DNA of 64,000 bases from Roseburia hominis (GTDB lineage: Bacteria > Bacillota_I > Bacilli_A > RFN20 > CAG-826). Under the pieces are notes generated by a model. The model was not told where the DNA came from and made no database searches. It worked only from the letters and a program-made list of their open reading frames with translations. The translations under genes were made by a program, and so were the position numbers. Positions 61,908 through 64,000 of the stretch are shown here, one piece after another (position 1 is the first letter of the stretch; the number at the start of each line of letters is the position of its first letter). Location: positions 9,633 through 73,632 of the forward strand of contig CAVIFQ010000005.1 in assembly GCA_963642055.1 (NCBI GenBank), in the 5' to 3' direction.

Positions 61908-63044
61908 TTAGATATCGCTCCTAGTTCCTTTATAGAAAGTCTTATCGATGATCCCACCGCCAATCATGCGCCCATCTTCAAGATAAAAGGCGGCGAATTG
62001 ACCTGGGGTGACGGCTTTATAAGGCGCAAGATATTCGAGTTTCACATTCTCGCCCTCGAAAGAAAGATAACATGGCTGATCCTCTTGCCTATATCTGAAT
62101 TTCACGCCGACTTTAATCGGAGCGGTCGGTTTTTCACCGATCCAGTTGATGTCGGTCACAAGGCAAGAATCGCTGTTGAGGTGATCATCTTCATTGCCGT
62201 TTGCGACATAAAGGATGTTCTTATTGACGTCTTTTTTGCAGACAAACCACGCTTCATCCCCGAGCCCTTTGACCCCGCCGACCCCGAGTCCTTTATGCTG
62301 ACCCAAGGTGTAATAAAGCACACCCATATGGGTGCCGATCACTTTTTTCGTCTCAATGTCCACGATATCGCCTTTCGTGGCGGGGAAATAATTGTGAAGG
62401 AACTGCCTGAAATTCCGCTCGCCGATGAAGCAAACGCCGGTCGATCCATGCTTTGAGGCCACTTCGGTCAAGCCGAGTTTCTCCGCCAAAGTGCGCGATT
62501 CCACTTTCGTGATATCCTCCATCGGGAAAAGGGAGTGAGAAAGTTGCTCTTCACTCACTTCGCAGAGGAAATAAGTCTGGTCTTTGTTCTTATCGAGTGG
62601 CTTAGATAAATAAACATGGCCGTCTTTCTCGACTTTTTTGGCGTAATGCCCCATCGCGATGTAATCGAAGCCTTTATTGAGGGCAAAGGAAAGGAAACTA
62701 TCGAATTTGATGTATTTGTTGCAGAGGACGTCAGGATTAGGGGTCCTGCCTTTTTTGTATTCGTTGAGGAAGTACTCGAAAACGTTATCCCAATACTCCT
62801 TGATGAAGTCCATTCTTAGTAACGGAATACCAAGTTTCTCCGCCACTTTCACGGCGTCATGGTAATCGGCTTCCTGGGGGCAAACATTGTCATTGATGGT
62901 GGGATTGCCGAGATAATCGTTATTCGCGGCCGCATCCCAGTTCCGCATGAAGCAGCCTGTCACATCGTAGCCTTGCTCTTTGAGTTTATAGGCGGCGATC
63001 GCACTGTCAACGCCACCGCTTAAGCCAAGCAGCACCTTTTTCAT
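61908..63044 (-). CDS. mnmA: tRNA 2-thiouridine(34) synthase
   Basis: PP-loop motif VLLGLSGGVDSA and a conserved MnmA body; 378 aa. Confidence 0.9.
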   Translation of the reverse strand: MKKVLLGLSGGVDSAIAAYKLKEQGYDVTGCFMRNWDAAANNDYLGNPTINDNVCPQEADYHDAVKVAEKLGIPLLRMDFIKEYWDNVFEYFLNEYKKGRTPNPDVLCNKYIKFDSFLSFALNKGFDYIAMGHYAKKVEKDGHVYLSKPLDKNKDQTYFLCEVSEEQLSHSLFPMEDITKVESRTLAEKLGLTEVASKHGSTGVCFIGERNFRQFLHNYFPATKGDIVDIETKKVIGTHMGVLYYTLGQHKGLGVGGVKGLGDEAWFVCKKDVNKNILYVANGNEDDHLNSDSCLVTDINWIGEKPTAPIKVGVKFRYRQEDQPCYLSFEGENVKLEYLAPYKAVTPGQFAAFYLEDGRMIGGGIIDKTFYKGTRSDI

Positions 63045-63496
63045 AAGTTGAAGAGCTCCTTGCTATCGAGCAATAAAGTGAAAGGCCCATCGTTCTCGAG
63101 ATCGACTTTCATATCAGCTTGGAAGACGCCGGTCTCAACTTTTGGATAACGTTCTTTCAGAAGATTGTTCCATAAGGCATACATGGCTTTGGCATCTTCT
63201 ATCCCCATCGCTTCAACAAAAGATGGGCGGTTCCCTTCTTTGGCGTTCCCGTAAAGAGTGAACTGGCTCACTGAAAGGAAAGAGCCATCGACATCGCTTA
63301 TCGATTTATTGGTCTTGCCATTCTCGTCCTCAAAAATGCGGAGTTTGCTCACCTTATCGGCCATTTTCTTAAGTGTTGCGATATTGTCGCCATGCGTGAA
63401 GCCGACGAAGAGTAAAACGCCACGGCCGATCGAAGAAAATAACTCACCATCGATGGTGACGGAAGCCCTATTTACGCGCTGAAGCAAAATTCTCAT
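63041..63496 (-). CDS. dtd: D-aminoacyl-tRNA deacylase
   Basis: MRILLQRVNRASVTIDG...SQFTLYGN...GNRPSF is the classic Dtd sequence; 151 aa. Confidence 0.9.
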   Translation of the reverse strand: MRILLQRVNRASVTIDGELFSSIGRGVLLFVGFTHGDNIATLKKMADKVSKLRIFEDENGKTNKSISDVDGSFLSVSQFTLYGNAKEGNRPSFVEAMGIEDAKAMYALWNNLLKERYPKVETGVFQADMKVDLENDGPFTLLLDSKELFNL

Positions 63497-64000
63497 TTTT
63501 TGATGTACTCGTGGATAATCGAAGGTAGCCTTATCGGCGTATCACTATATAGGAAAGCGGAGCGGATGTCTCTAAGAACATCCTCAATCCCCTCTTTATT
63601 CGTGTAGGCTTTCGCGAGTTCCTCGCCTTTTTCGACATGATCGCCGACTTTTTTGTTGAGGACTATGCCGGCGGCATTATCGATTTTATCATCCATTGTC
63701 GCTCTTCCAGCCCCGAGCTTCATTGCCCCGATACCGATAGAGAGGGAGTCGATACGCTTGATATAGCCGCTTTCTTCGCTCGTAATGGAAATGGCATATT
63801 TGGCTTTCTCGAATTTATCGAGATCATCTAAATAGGAGGTATCTCCGCCCTGCGCCTTGAAGAGCTCTTTGAGTTTCTCGAAACCTTCCCCGTTAGCGAT
63901 ATTCGCTTCGATCATCTTCCGCCCTTCTTCGTAGCTAGAGGCAATATGGGCTTGCTCTAGCATGATGGCTCCAGCGCCCGTGACGAGCTCGACGAAATCT
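63493..64000 (-). CDS. pdp: pyrimidine-nucleoside phosphorylase, C-terminal part (5' end beyond window)
   Basis: The frame is open to the window edge (...DFVELVTGAGAIMLEQAH...). The C-terminal domain, with KLGAGRATMDDKIDNAAGIVLNKKVGDHVEKGE, is typical of PyNP/thymidine phosphorylase. Confidence 0.8.
   Translation of the reverse strand, partial: DFVELVTGAGAIMLEQAHIASSYEEGRKMIEANIANGEGFEKLKELFKAQGGDTSYLDDLDKFEKAKYAISITSEESGYIKRIDSLSIGIGAMKLGAGRATMDDKIDNAAGIVLNKKVGDHVEKGEELAKAYTNKEGIEDVLRDIRSAFLYSDTPIRLPSIIHEYIKK

Overview
64-kb chromosomal window from a moderate-GC monoderm bacterium that looks Firmicutes/Mollicutes-like. It uses the standard code (TGA ends infB and rimO), has a short 619-aa IF-2, and encodes many lipobox lipoproteins with poly-Ser linkers. 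Most genes are on the minus strand. Core blocks: (1) the rimP-nusA-ylxR-ylxQ-infB-rbfA operon (1.8-6.8 kb). (2) An alpha-mannoside/mannan utilisation locus at 17-34 kb, with GH38, GH76, GH125, an ABC sugar importer, an MsmX-like ATPase, a GntR-HTH/sugar-binding regulator and two large surface proteins. (3) tRNA-Thr, rimO, malQ, galK-galT-galM and cls (40.9-49 kb). (4) Hexuronate catabolism at 49.6-55.5 kb: UxuB-like SDR and uxuA, divergent from uxaC-eda-kdgK, plus an AraC regulator. (5) DUF1292-alaS with a T-box leader, two secreted nuclease-like lipoproteins, mnmA, dtd and a partial pdp. Two accessory islands (6.9-17 kb and 34.1-40.9 kb) carry a solo HipA-like kinase, two AAA-ATPase_like paralogs (one keeping a PDDEXK_9 nuclease domain), two AAA_14/DUF4143 ATPases, two AlbA_2/HATPase_c_4/wHTH proteins, an XRE regulator and decayed gene fragments. 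Three signals stand out. (i) Nine mutually unrelated short tandem-repeat sets have periods near multiples of a helical turn. Five of them start 20-47 nt upstream of the start codons of the island NTPase/kinase genes, so each gene has a private array; the other four are orphans in long ORF-free spacers. (ii) A ~530-nt ORF-free unit on the minus strand (14940-15473) runs from a promoter to a terminator and is dense in UUCG/GNRA-capped hairpins, making it a candidate large structured RNA. (iii) A T19 tract sits upstream of a collagen-like, B-repeat surface lipoprotein. All functional calls rest on motifs recognised by eye; no searches were run.
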